DNA of 58,156 nucleotides, filler included, from Sluysia triapertura (taxonomy: Eukaryota), in assembly GCA_046118255.1 (NCBI GenBank). It is 4 parts of 4 records of this genome, joined end to end, with 100 filler letters (N's around TTAATTAATTAA, not from the genome) between each part and the next. Parts side by side here need not be neighbours in the genome. Positions count along the whole stretch, not along the records: positions 17,174 to 29,430 come from JBJNIA010125077.1; positions 29,531 to 42,313 come from JBJNIA010082255.1; 2 more parts are not named here. One strand, given 5' to 3'. Position 1 is the stretch's first letter. Every line of letters begins with the position of its first letter. Below are positions 27,101 to 38,734 of the stretch, in pieces. Position numbers and translations under genes: made by a program. The notes under the pieces were generated by a model, which worked only from the letters and a program-made list of their open reading frames with translations, was not told the DNA's origin and did no database searches.

Positions 27101-27499
27101 ATTAGAGGTTATTGTAACAATAAACATAAATAATAATAATTATATAAAATGACTATGTTTATTTTTTGAATGATGTGAAAATGTATATTTCTTGTACCAA
27201 TATAATTCAATTCGACCACCTATTCCTATACAATATATTCCTTTGTTGGTCATTAATGTTGGTAATTTTGACAATTCCCTACCATGAAAAACAAACAAAT
27301 TAAAAACTTATTCTACTCGTAACTTTATAAAATCATATAATTCAAACTCATTTAATTCACAAAACGGTAATTATGAGATCGATATTCCCAAACCTATTAT
27401 AATCAATATTATCTTCAAAATTATTCTTTAAATTGCTATTATCAAATCTTTGAAAATTATATCTTAGTCTTTCATCTCATTTCAAATTACTTTAACTAT

Positions 27500-27993
27500 T
27501 ATTTATGTAATTAAAACTGTATCTTTCTTCGGCTTGAAGATCTCTCTACGCCAAATGTTGATCATCAATCAAGTTAACATAAGTCCTCAATTCGGGAATT
27601 AATTCATTTTTTAATTTATCAATTAAAGTCGCTTATTTTCTATAATCAGGGACATAATGCCCTAGCAATTAAACTTTTAAGTGAGCATACAAATTTGTTT
27701 CTAATATTTAACATCTTAGCATAATATTTCCAATATCATCCAGGGCAATCTCCTTGGTAAAATCATTCCGAGTTTGCTTATTTCTACCATCTATTTTTAT
27801 ATAAGTCTGGATTATTACCCCAGTTAAATAATTTTGATTTGTCTTAATTTTTTTGGCTTCATTCCGGCCATAAGTATTGGCGGCGCTGGCACGTTCGAAA
27901 AGAAAATCGCATAGATCTTTCACCTATCGGAAGTGCCATTAATGGCCTTATATTCTTAGGGAATCCCTTAAGGTTATTCATAGATATAGCCAT
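27500..27993 (-). pseudogene. Degenerate LTR-retrotransposon gag-like relic
   Basis: Across frameshifts: NGTSDR*KIYA / FERASAAN and YAHLK...LIDKLKNELIPELRTYV, matching typical gag patterns. Many stops. Confidence 0.4.
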
Positions 27994-28996
27994 TTTAAAA
28001 TCTAAAGAATTATTCTTCTATGCAATGTATTTTTTATAATTTTCCTTATTAATATCAATTGTACTTACTCTACCAATTATATAAAACTTGTAAAACTCGA
28101 AACAAATTTATTTAAATCAAAATTCAGTAACTCTAAAAGTAATTCTTAAACTTATAACCTATATGCAAAATTTCAAATCAATTTAATTTACTTATATTAA
28201 TTTAAATCAATTCAATACGTAATTAATAATCGTATTAATGTTCAATAAACTTATCAAATTCTTAAATGTTAATATCGCAATTCAAAATTTAGAAAAAATC
28301 GTAAATCCAGTAGACTTATTGTCAAAAATGAATCAGTGCAAGTAAATCTTAATTAAAAACAATATGAACTTAGTAAATTTAAATAGACTTCTAACGTAAA
28401 CTTAAACTCCAAATGTAAAGCTTACCAGTCAAATAAACTTAAATATCAAATTGTAGCTTAAGGTATCTAGTTCGTTTTGACCTATGTTTTAAATAAATAT
28501 TCTAACTTAATTTGTGTGCCACAATTGGGAAGCCAAATGTTGTTGTTTTTGTTACATTTACAGCAAAATAGAAATTATGTACTTTGAGTCCATATACAGA
28601 ATGTATTTTATATATAACTTAAGGTATATACACCTGCTGATTTACTTATTATTATTATAAAACTTAAATTCTTAAACTTAAAAATTTATCAATGCACTAA
28701 AATAAACTCTCATATAATAAATTTTTATTAAACAAAGAAAAATTTTCCAAATCAATTACAAGAATTGACATATATTTGAAGGTTGATGCAAGCGAAAACT
28801 TTTAAATATTAGATTTTTTGATTTAATTAAATGTAATTTTTTAAATTACTTTCAAATTAATATAAATTTTAATTATTTTTTAACCTGAGTAACTTAGAAT
28901 AACTATCAATATTTAAACTAACTATATACGAAATCAAAATTTAAATAATTAATTTATCTGCAGAAATCTTTTTATATTTAAATCGAAAATTTATTA

Positions 28997-29400
28997 TTAA
29001 AATTTCTTGACTTTAAATTTAATCGTGCATTTATTAGCAATTATGTTACTAATAATAGTGTTTTGTTCTACTTTTATTGTACATTTTATTAATCTTGTTC
29101 TATTTTGACAATTTTTTAACTTTAACGCATTTAATTCAACCAATGTTCGATAATTAAAACGTGACTTGACAGTCCTCCAGGTATAGTTTAAATCGTGATA
29201 TAAACTATAATTAAACTTTGATAGCTGCTTTATCATTTTATCTGCATATTCTATCCAATAAATGGTAACTTTTTTTAATTCATACAAATAAAATTGATTA
29301 TAGCTATGATAACTTTTAGGAATTTGATGATCCAATTAATTCTAAATATTTACTAAACTCTTTTGTATCGAAGCCATTTTTAAAAGCATTTAAAAAGCAT
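28997..29400 (-). mobile_element. Helitron PIF1-helicase relic
   Basis: Frameshifted motifs occur in the expected order: EFSKYLELIG, DLNY/PGGLSSHVLII (cf. LNSL.PSGLPPH.L.LK) and CQNRTRLI (cf. LCNGTRL). Confidence 0.45.
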
Positions 29401-29604
29401 TAATTCAATTTTTAATGTAAGTAATAATAANNNNNNNNNNNNNNNNNNNNNNNNNNNNNNNNNNNNNNNNNNNNTTAATTAATTAANNNNNNNNNNNNNN
29501 NNNNNNNNNNNNNNNNNNNNNNNNNNNNNNTAAAAATTTAATAGTTTGTTTGTTTATAACGTCTTTTTATTTTCATCAGTTATTTTAATCTCGAAAATCA
29601 CAGT

Positions 29605-29644
29605 AAACTTGAAATGGGACTCTTATTTTCGGACAGAGGGAGTA
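29605..29644. mobile_element. Single Stowaway/mariner-like TIR end
   Basis: The sequence ...tcttattttcggacagagggagTA reverse-complements to TA-CTCCCTCTGTCC, matching the CTCCCTCCGT terminus type. The partner end may be lost in the adjacent gap. Confidence 0.55.
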
Positions 29645-30693
29645 TAATTTAATCAAACCAATATTATCGATGAAATTAGGCATATTATCATAATAATGCA
29701 TGTATTAATATAATTTACGTAGAAATAGTTATTTTAATAATTAAGTTTAGTTTAAAATAATAGTATAAAGTATAACATACCATTATTGCTTATTTTAAAA
29801 TTTTGTGCTTTGAATATTCATAAAGTAAATAAACTAAATAAATAAGTTAATTCAAATTAAATGTTATTTTAATAGTAAAATAGCAGTCCTTTTTCAATTT
29901 ATAATGATTTTTTCAAAATACAAACCAATCCTAATGAAATATTTCGAATTAAAATAATATTAAAAGTACAAGATCATAATAATTAAAGTTTCCAGATGAT
30001 TTATATTATAAATAATTAATTGAATGTCTCCGATATTAAATGTCGATAAGTAAACCTTATCTTTAAAGATAATAATCGAATATTCTCAGTAAACCATTTT
30101 CTAAAAAATTATATTTCATGTTTTTCTAACTGCATTTATTATGACCAATAGAATGTGCCATAACTTTTATATGGCCTTTATAGAAACTTTACGATATTTC
30201 ATATAATAAGACCAAACTGATTTTCACTTATACATTAGGATCACCATTTTTTATATTTAGTTTTTGACTGTTTCATTTTCATAACAACTTACAAATGAAA
30301 TGTTTTTTTTAGTTATTGTTATTTTAAATTAATTTAAAATTAAAATTATTTTTTTTTATTTTTAATTTATAATTTGATATTTAATGAACTTTATATATAT
30401 TACACAATCAAGAATGATGAAATAATACTAATTAATTTAATCATATTTTGTTTAATGAATTATTAAGAGTTAAAATGAATGAACTTAACTTTTTAGAGTG
30501 TAATTGTTTTAATTTATGATGCAAAAACAGTCATTCTCAAGTTGAGTGACTGATTCTGAATTTTAATTGCTTTTTTTTATACTAAAAATAGCAGCCAAAT
30601 GTATACTTTGCTTACAATTAGATTATCAATAATTAAATAGAATAAATTGTAAATCAAATGAGCTTTGATTAATCGCCACAGAAACGGCAGAAT

Positions 30694-30694
<1 letters not shown>

Positions 30695-30743
<49 letters not shown>

Positions 30744-32200
30744 AAAACTTATTGCATTAGTATATCGCCATTAAACGGCACAATCAAGAATATATTACAG
30801 CCAAGGAAAATATTGATTACAATATAATTATTAACAGAAAGCATTAGAGCACAAGACCGATTTTGGCCATACTAAAAGGTTATATAGAAATCCAATGGTT
30901 GGTTATAGAAAACACAACCAGCTATAGTAAAATAACATTACAGAAAATTATATAATAGATCGTATTGGGAAATATATGCAATAAAATTTTAATATAAATA
31001 GTTATAACACGAAGACACTAAATTTGTTCTAGATTGAATAAAGAAAGTATTATCTTATTGTTAAATAACAAAGAATAAGGAGCACAAGAATTTTATGCTT
31101 TTAGGTATTTTTATAAATTGTAATTATTAAGAATCATTTAAACTTATTGTTTGATCATATAACGTGGTTTTATTAATTACGGAACTTGTCTTTCGGATCG
31201 TTTCGAAATTTATATTTAATAACCCTAAATTGTTTTTTATATCTTGAGAACGTCTCAGGTATTGTATGCATCCTTATCTGTATAGCTATAAATTATTTTT
31301 AAGTATTCGTTTGTATATATTTAATCGGCATTCGTCTTTTTTGTGAAATCCATGAATAAGTGAATAGACTTTCTCTATTAGTTTTCTTTTACGTTAGATA
31401 GGAAGACATTGAAATTTTGAAACAAATGTAAAGGTCAGAAAAACTTCAATTGAAACTTAATTAGTTCCGAATAGCATCGAATAATTTGAGCAGTTATAAA
31501 TAACTTTGAAGAGTATAAGAGACCGCGAACTTTGAGTAACGTTAGCTTTTAGTAATTTTGAATTTACATAGATAATTTCCAAGGTACTCGTAGACAATAT
31601 TTGTAATGTTAAATGAATTCGAAGTCATAAATTATTTTTATGACATTTATATATTGGATTGTATTTTGTATCTTTATTTTATTTTATTAAAATTTACATG
31701 TTTTTTCAGTCCAATGGAGCTTCCTTTTATTCGTTCGCTTAGTATATTAGCTAATTAAGTATGATGAATTCTACTTCATATTTTTAATATTCTATTTTGG
31801 CTTTACTTCATTATTTTTCTAGATATTTCATTCTCCATTTAAGATACCGAGAATACTAGAATTTTTTGAATATTTCAAATCTGTTTATAATAATATTAAG
31901 TTGAAACTTACCAATCAACGGAAGCTCTTTCTGTAGTTATACCTGTTTATTGAATGTTGATTTAAAGCCCGTATTTATTGTATATACTTTTCTATATTTA
32001 TATCACATGGAATAAAATTTTCAGTTAATTTGGACAAAGCTCTACTTACTCCTTAATTGCTAGCCAGCTCTTCTAGAGAGGTGTCCTTGAAATATTTATA
32101 AAGGTTTATCTTCTAGGTTTAACTTGCTCTTGTTTTACCAAAATTCAAATAAAATCACTTGATTGGTTTATGTTTACCATTCCCATTTTAATAAAATCTT
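30695..32200 (-). mobile_element. Highly decayed non-LTR retrotransposon 3' part (RT thumb) ending in an (AAT)n tail
   Basis: The minus strand has YEYLGNYL near 31570-31592 (cf. YKYLG), followed by IIRCYSELIKFQLKF (cf. LYKSLVRP.LEY). The element runs into an (AAT)n tract at 30695-30742. Confidence 0.4.
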
Positions 32201-32486
32201 TCTACTTGCTAATTAAGTTTAGTATCTACCTTTCTATTTTCGTTTCGTTTTGTTTACTTCTTAAATTATTTGCTTTTTTTTAATTTCAGATCGTTTAAGC
32301 TTTTTTTGAAACTATTATAATTTTAAAGATTTTTTTGAATTAATTTTATTGGTTGTTTAAAATTTATATAATTTTTTTTAAATTATAATATTAACTCTTA
32401 TCATTTTTTGTGCCTAATATTAAATACTTGTAAATATAATTAAGCTTATGTACATTAAAATACTTATATTTTTAATTTTATTTCAG

Positions 32487-32542
32487 ATTCACATTTCCTA
32501 GGAAGCCTTTTTCATTCTTCTCTTGATTTCAATTTACCAAAA

Positions 32543-32590
<48 letters not shown>

Positions 32591-35235
32591 GATAATTAAT
32601 TAATTTTAGTTTGCTTCATCATTATATTCATTTACTCCACATTCAATATTTCCACCGGAAAATTTAACAGAATCCTATTTAAAGAAATTATTCAAATTAT
32701 TTTCTAAAGGTGAATTTGAATCACTATCAGATCAATTGGATGATTCAAAGAAATTATTAAATCGACATTTAACTAATATTATGTCAACTACGAATTGTTC
32801 TATACTAATTGATCGTTTACCTTGCCATCATGAAGAAACTCTACCTTTACCGATATTACCACAATCACCATCACTAAAAAATTCACAAAATTCATTGGAC
32901 AATTTGGGTCTAATTTCATTACTTCCACCTCCATTAGACGATTTCTGTAGTGATGTGAAGCAGACGCCACAAGATGAAGAACATGATAAAGCGATTAGTC
33001 TTCATTCTGGTGATTCTTCGCCAGGAGAGAATAGTGCTGATAAATGTAATAATGATAATTATAGTAGTCAAGCAAGTAGTAAAATGTTTTTATCTATTGA
33101 TTCTAAAGGTATAGTTCAATTGTATGCGTTGTAAATAGCGTAATATAATAATATAATATTTTAGCATGTGTGAAACAAATGAAACGCTGTAAAATACATA
33201 TTTTAACTAACCATTTAGTGTATATATTTTTAGAATATCCAAATAACTTTAATTAAAACATTATGTTTTTAATCAAAGTAATTATAATTAAGTAAGCATG
33301 GAACAACTTGCTTTAACAAAAGTATACATTTGTAACATACTTTAGAAACCTTATAAAAAGACATTATTACAAATGTAATATAATAGGTATACATTAATAG
33401 TTAATATACACAGATGTTATTATTGAATAAGAATAAAGAAGAGAATTCGGTATAAATAGGCTGAATTCTCATTGCAGCAGATTGAAACTTTCAGTACGAA
33501 AGGATTTTCTTTAATCGTTTAATATTGAAAATTAGATTTCGTTTTGTCACATAAAAGAGTAAATTTACTTATTATAAGACCAATCATCTGGTTAAGTTTA
33601 TTCTACTATCTTTTGAGTCATAACATAACTTAGTATATTTGGAATTTTTCACTCCTCCATTTTAACAGCTGAATGAACTGTGCGAACTCCATCATAAGGA
33701 ATAGAAGAAGATAAGGTTATGATAACTCAACCTAGAGATTTTTTGTAACATCAACGTTGCCACGATAAACTTAAAGCCCGTTATTACTAAATAAATATGT
33801 AAAATATACATATATTATATTACTTGTGTCATTACTTAAATATCAAAAACTGATGTCAAATTCGATGTTATCATTGAAACGCTTTAATGATGACATTTTT
33901 CGATGTTACTTGATAATTAAATTACATAATGTATAATTATTGCATTATTTTATGGATATATTTTAAATTATATCTAAAATTATATTATTATTTTAGATAT
34001 ATTTCAAATGTATTTAAAAAATTAATATTTAATTAAGTTGAACTAAAATAATGAAACACAATACTAATTTTATAATAGTAAATTTAAATTAGAATTATTT
34101 GATTTCAAAAATGAGCATTAAAGAAAATATTATAAAAGTGTAAATGCTAATGGAAGATGATATTAAATATTAGAAAATTTATTAACTCATGAGCGAGACT
34201 GTCACCAACTTTCTAACTGTTACTTATAAATCTATTGCTTCATTTCTTCCAATTTTGCCCGATATGCATTCTGGTTAGGTCTGTTAGCCTCCCCGCTCAT
34301 AATGTGTTAATAAAGATGCGGTAAAACGAATTGTACACTCGTGTAACTCGTTAAATAATTTAGATTATAAAATGAGTTGCGAAATTTGCGATTAGTATTG
34401 AAACAATTGATAAGAATGATTTTTCAATTCAAAAAAGAGAAATCTTGTAATTACGTATACAAAAAATATAATTCAAAATGCTTACATATATATTTCAAAA
34501 GTCTTACATATCTCTTGAAGGTAATAAAACCAGGCAAACCAAACAGAAGTAACAACTTGTACTGAATACATAATGATAATAAGATGTAGTGTTTCAAAAA
34601 ATAGAGAAAATGTCAAATTACTGGAAGATTCTGAAATACTTTAACCCTTTCTGGTCCTATTTTATTTCCATTGAATCCTCTCTAGGTCTTATTTTATTCC
34701 AGCGAAAATACAAAAAACCATACTCAAATCGAATTTAAATTATTTATTTATTAATTTAATTACGTTTATGATATATTTATGTATTTATGTAAAACGTGAA
34801 AAGTGCACTGACGGCAAAGGGTTAAAAAGACAATTTATTGTGAAACAATTACGAATGTTTCGTTGTACGCATGCTAAAGTATGCAGCACTTAACAACTCT
34901 AGATCACTTTTTATTAACGCTATATAAATTATTGTCAAGAAAAAATATTTGCTAAAAGAATAAGTTTTGCCCATAACGATTTTGTTGTCAAAATTTTTAC
35001 TATGTGTGTATATCAGCAATTTTATTCAGATTTTCAAACTTCTACTGATGTCGGTATTCAAACCGACGATGTGATGATAGTAGACCGAGCTTTTATAGAA
35101 AAGTTAAATAACAATTTAAATCAATTGCGCTCAACAATTAATGATATTCGTCAAAATACCAGTATTCAAATTTCGGAATTCATAAAAGATTTACAAAATA
35201 TAAATAGCTGCAATTTTATTCTCCAAACAAAGTAA
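32487..35235 (+). CDS. 3' part of an unidentified spliced gene (Ser/Pro-rich region, DVGIQTD motif, C-terminal coiled coil)
   Basis: Phase-consistent exons 32487-32542, 32610-33108 and 35030-35235 (stop TAA) with GT-AG boundaries. No start exon was identified and no family was recognised. Confidence 0.65.
34645..34821. mobile_element. piggyBac-type MITE (~177 bp)
   Basis: TTAA-ccctttctggtc ... gacggcaaaggg-TTAA, giving imperfect TIRs with a TTAA TSD. Confidence 0.6.
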
Positions 35236-35614
35236 GTAATCAAATGATTATTTGTTCATTTTGAGATTGTTTTTTACGAATATGTCGAACAAGGACATTA
35301 ATGACTAACAAAAGAATTTATTTTCAAAGTATTAGTTACCTTCAATAAATTTTTTTTCCAAGGTCGAACAATATTTATTAAATACATCTTGAATAGTAAT
35401 AATTATTATAATTATAATATAATGATAATAATGGTATTTTAATAGTGATTAATACAAAATTTGGTTAAAATTTACTATAATTAATGCTTGTCATGGACAT
35501 TTTAACTTGTCTCGTGGTATTTCGGGCTAAAGTGCAGTCTTACGTATGATTTTTAATACAAAACCCTTTACTGAAGGATCAAATTAATGTATTTATTATT
35601 ACAAAGAATATAAA

Positions 35615-35734
35615 CCCCTTAACGTTCAATTTTTTTCAAAAAAACGTCCAAAAAAACTCATTTTTTTATTGCTGCATTATTTATTAAACTATATTTTAGT
35701 GTGATATTTACAAAAAAAATTGAACGTTAAGGGG
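35615..35734. mobile_element. piggyBac-type MITE (120 bp)
   Basis: TIRs ccccttaacgttcaattttttt / aaaaaaattgaacgttaagggg, flanked by taaa / ttaa. Confidence 0.8.
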
Positions 35735-36575
35735 TTAAACGATTGTGATTATTATAGTAATACCAAAAGTGTTGACGCTCAAATTAACTCGAGTGTGCTC
35801 ATTTCTGCAGGTTTACCTCACTCAAGTTAATTCGAGTGTGTGAGTTAAGGGGTTAAGATAATAAGTTCTTTTGATAAATACGAACCAAAATTCTTTAAAA
35901 AATTAATTTTAAATCAAAATTTAAGTATACAAATAAAACCACAATACTTAATTTACGAACCAAATGAAAGACAAAAAATAGAATATAGGCAACATGGTAT
36001 GGAACATTAATTAACACAGAAACGGTTGTGGATTAAACGGAACCATTGCAAGAACGAAAAGTCGTGATTTAGTAAAATAGAAATAAAACTAACAATAGCA
36101 CAACAAACTATTACAAATCACGAAATGAAAAAATACATTATACGCCCGAACCAATATTATTGCTAAATAGCATAAGTCATTGCTTAAGTAGCACAATAAC
36201 AATGATAATATAATGTGCTAAAATATAATAATAGTGATAATAATATCCAGGCATGGAATAACTTACAAGTAAAAATTAATAAAAATATTTAAATTTAATT
36301 TTAGTGCATAAAAAATATATTAGTCAATGAACATTAGAAATTTAAGTAGTACAGAAGAAAAATTTAATTTGCGGTAAGAAATTTAATTAACAAGAAAGTT
36401 TAATTAGTTCACAAGAATTTATTTTTTCGTTTAAGAAAAATTTTAGTCTTATTGTGCAATGATTTCGCGAATTATAGCAAACAGAATTAACAATTACAAG
36501 GTCAACAAATTAAAAGAATTAAATCCAACACCTTTCGAAGATATAAGAATATTAATAATTATCATTATAATAATA

Positions 36576-36606
<31 letters not shown>

Positions 36607-37415
36607 TATAAAGAATGTGACAATAAAATACAAAATTCGATTATTATTTTAACAAACAGCAAATGATAAAATTAATAAATAAAAAATACAATTTGCATTA
36701 ATCGAAAACAAGTACAATGAATGCAATAATGATGGGAGACGACAAAATAATATAACAATGTTTTACATTTTTATAACAATATTATATTTTAAAGTAAATG
36801 TTAATGTAAATATTACGGTTGTGAAATTTTGTTGAATTATGAGTTGTCTTATGTTATTAGTGTTTCCGATTTTTGTATGATATTGGTTGATTTTTAATAA
36901 CTATGTCAGGTCGAGTTGAAGTTTGTTTATGATAATTATGTCTTGGGGTTGAGTTCACCACATTGGAAATCAGAGCTTTACTTGTCTCTGATATTAGAGA
37001 TAGAAGTGTTTTGTTAAACCTTAATTCAAATTTTAAACTTTCAAATTAAATTCTCCTTCGAAGTCTCAAAATTACAAAAATCTAATTAATGAAAATTTAT
37101 TAATATAACAAAAATAAAAGATTAACGATTTAAAATCTTTAATATATTTTTATTTATATTCTTTGTTTAATATACCTTAGCTATTGATCTTATTTATAAA
37201 TCGATAATAGGTCGGACGATAAAGGTATAGAGTTTGTAATAGCAATCAACCTTGAGCAAAAAAATTAATTTAAGAAAATTAGAGACAACGATTACGCAAA
37301 GAATTTTTAAGAGTTACAAAACAAAACCTGCGAATATGTCTTCTTAAGTTTTAAATCGTATATAGTTGGCGAACTCAGAGTAATAAAAGTTGAATTTCAT
37401 TTTGCCAGCAATATA

Positions 37416-38188
37416 CAGAGTGTCCCAAAAGAAACCGAACCGCAAACTTAAATAAAAATTAGATACCAAAAACAAAACTTCAATACAAGCACATCTTTTG
37501 ACAACACTGCGATATACTTTCTCGCAAGATTCCTCTGAAATTTGGTTTCATTTATGCTGAATACTTTGTTTTAGTAGATCAATTTTCCTAGGCGTTTTAA
37601 CATAAAACTTTAGAACTCCCCGTAGAAAAAAATCAGGCAGTGTCAGATGCGGGGATCTGGCAGGCTTTTCGATTGGTCCTCGGTGTCCAATCCAACATCC
37701 CGGAAATGTTTCAAGAAACCAAGAACATCTTTGGTTTAGTGTGTAAGAAAATGAAGATCACCGAAATTAGGGAACTCTTTAACAATAGGAAACACTGTAG
37801 TATTCAGAATATCACGGTAACGTTCACTATTAACATATTTGGATACAATATGTTCAGGCGTACAGGTGTTCTGAAGCTTGCTTCACAATTTTCTTCAACA
37901 TGCTTGTAGCTAGTCCTTGTAGAGTAATTCTTAATGGCGAAGATACCTTCGTTTAAATCTAAAGTCCTTCGCTGCATTTTTAAGAATGAGGGTCCAGAGA
38001 GCACGCTGAACAAAAATCAAGCAATGACGTCAGAACAAAATAAATAAGATCACGCAACAATAATCAATTCAAAGTCTATTATTCGCAGAAAGAAATCAGT
38101 AGTAACTAAGATAAAGAAATTATATTTGTCGTTTTTGATAACTAATTTTTATTTATGTTTTGCGATTCGGTTACTTTTGGGACCCCTA
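37416..38188 (-). mobile_element. Internally deleted, degenerate Tc1/mariner DNA transposon
   Basis: It has ~60-bp imperfect TIRs (cagagtgtcccaaaagaaaccgaaccgcaaa... / ...tttgcgattcggttacttttgggacccct) with TA on both flanks. The minus strand encodes FPGCWIGHRGPIEKPARSPHLTLPDFFLRGVLK, a decayed form of the WPARSPDLTPLDFFLWG catalytic motif. Confidence 0.9.
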
Positions 38189-38289
38189 TATTAATATTAA
38201 TATTGTATTGTAAGTAATATTATTTCACATTAATATGTAATGTATAACATAATCATATATATTCTTTTGATTTTGATTTATCTCCGCTC

Positions 38290-38560
38290 TGTGCTGCGTA
38301 ATATAATCTTTCAAGATCTACTCCGAATTTCATTATAGGCTGACATGATTTACTAGCCTAAAATCCAGTATTCGTGTCACTATTTGATCTTTTTTGTCTT
38401 TTTCGTTGGCAAATCACACAGTTTTGATGTATTTGTGGAATAAATTTTATAGCGCTTATTATCCAAAATCATTTTCTAAGTTATTTAATGTAGCATATAT
38501 CATCACAATGACAGTCTTTCGTGTGTTTAACAATTAACTAAGTAATAACATATCTTATTT
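38290..38560 (-). mobile_element. BEL/Pao-type integrase relic (HHCC region to first catalytic Asp)
   Basis: The minus strand reads LRK*FWIISAIKFIPQIHQNCVICQRKR...QPIMKFGVDL. This fits the BEL/Pao LR..FWI.....C..C...PF..TGVD pattern. Confidence 0.55.
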
Positions 38561-38734
38561 CAAATATTTCGCAATAATAATGTATCATCTAGAAATTCAC
38601 TGAATTTTGTTAACTTGTTTTTTAATAATTCTCCATGTTTTTTTAATTTGTTTTAATAAAAAAGACATTAATATTATCATGTTTCTGTTTTAAGAAAATG
38701 AAACCTTTTTCAAATTATAATTATTAATACTAAC

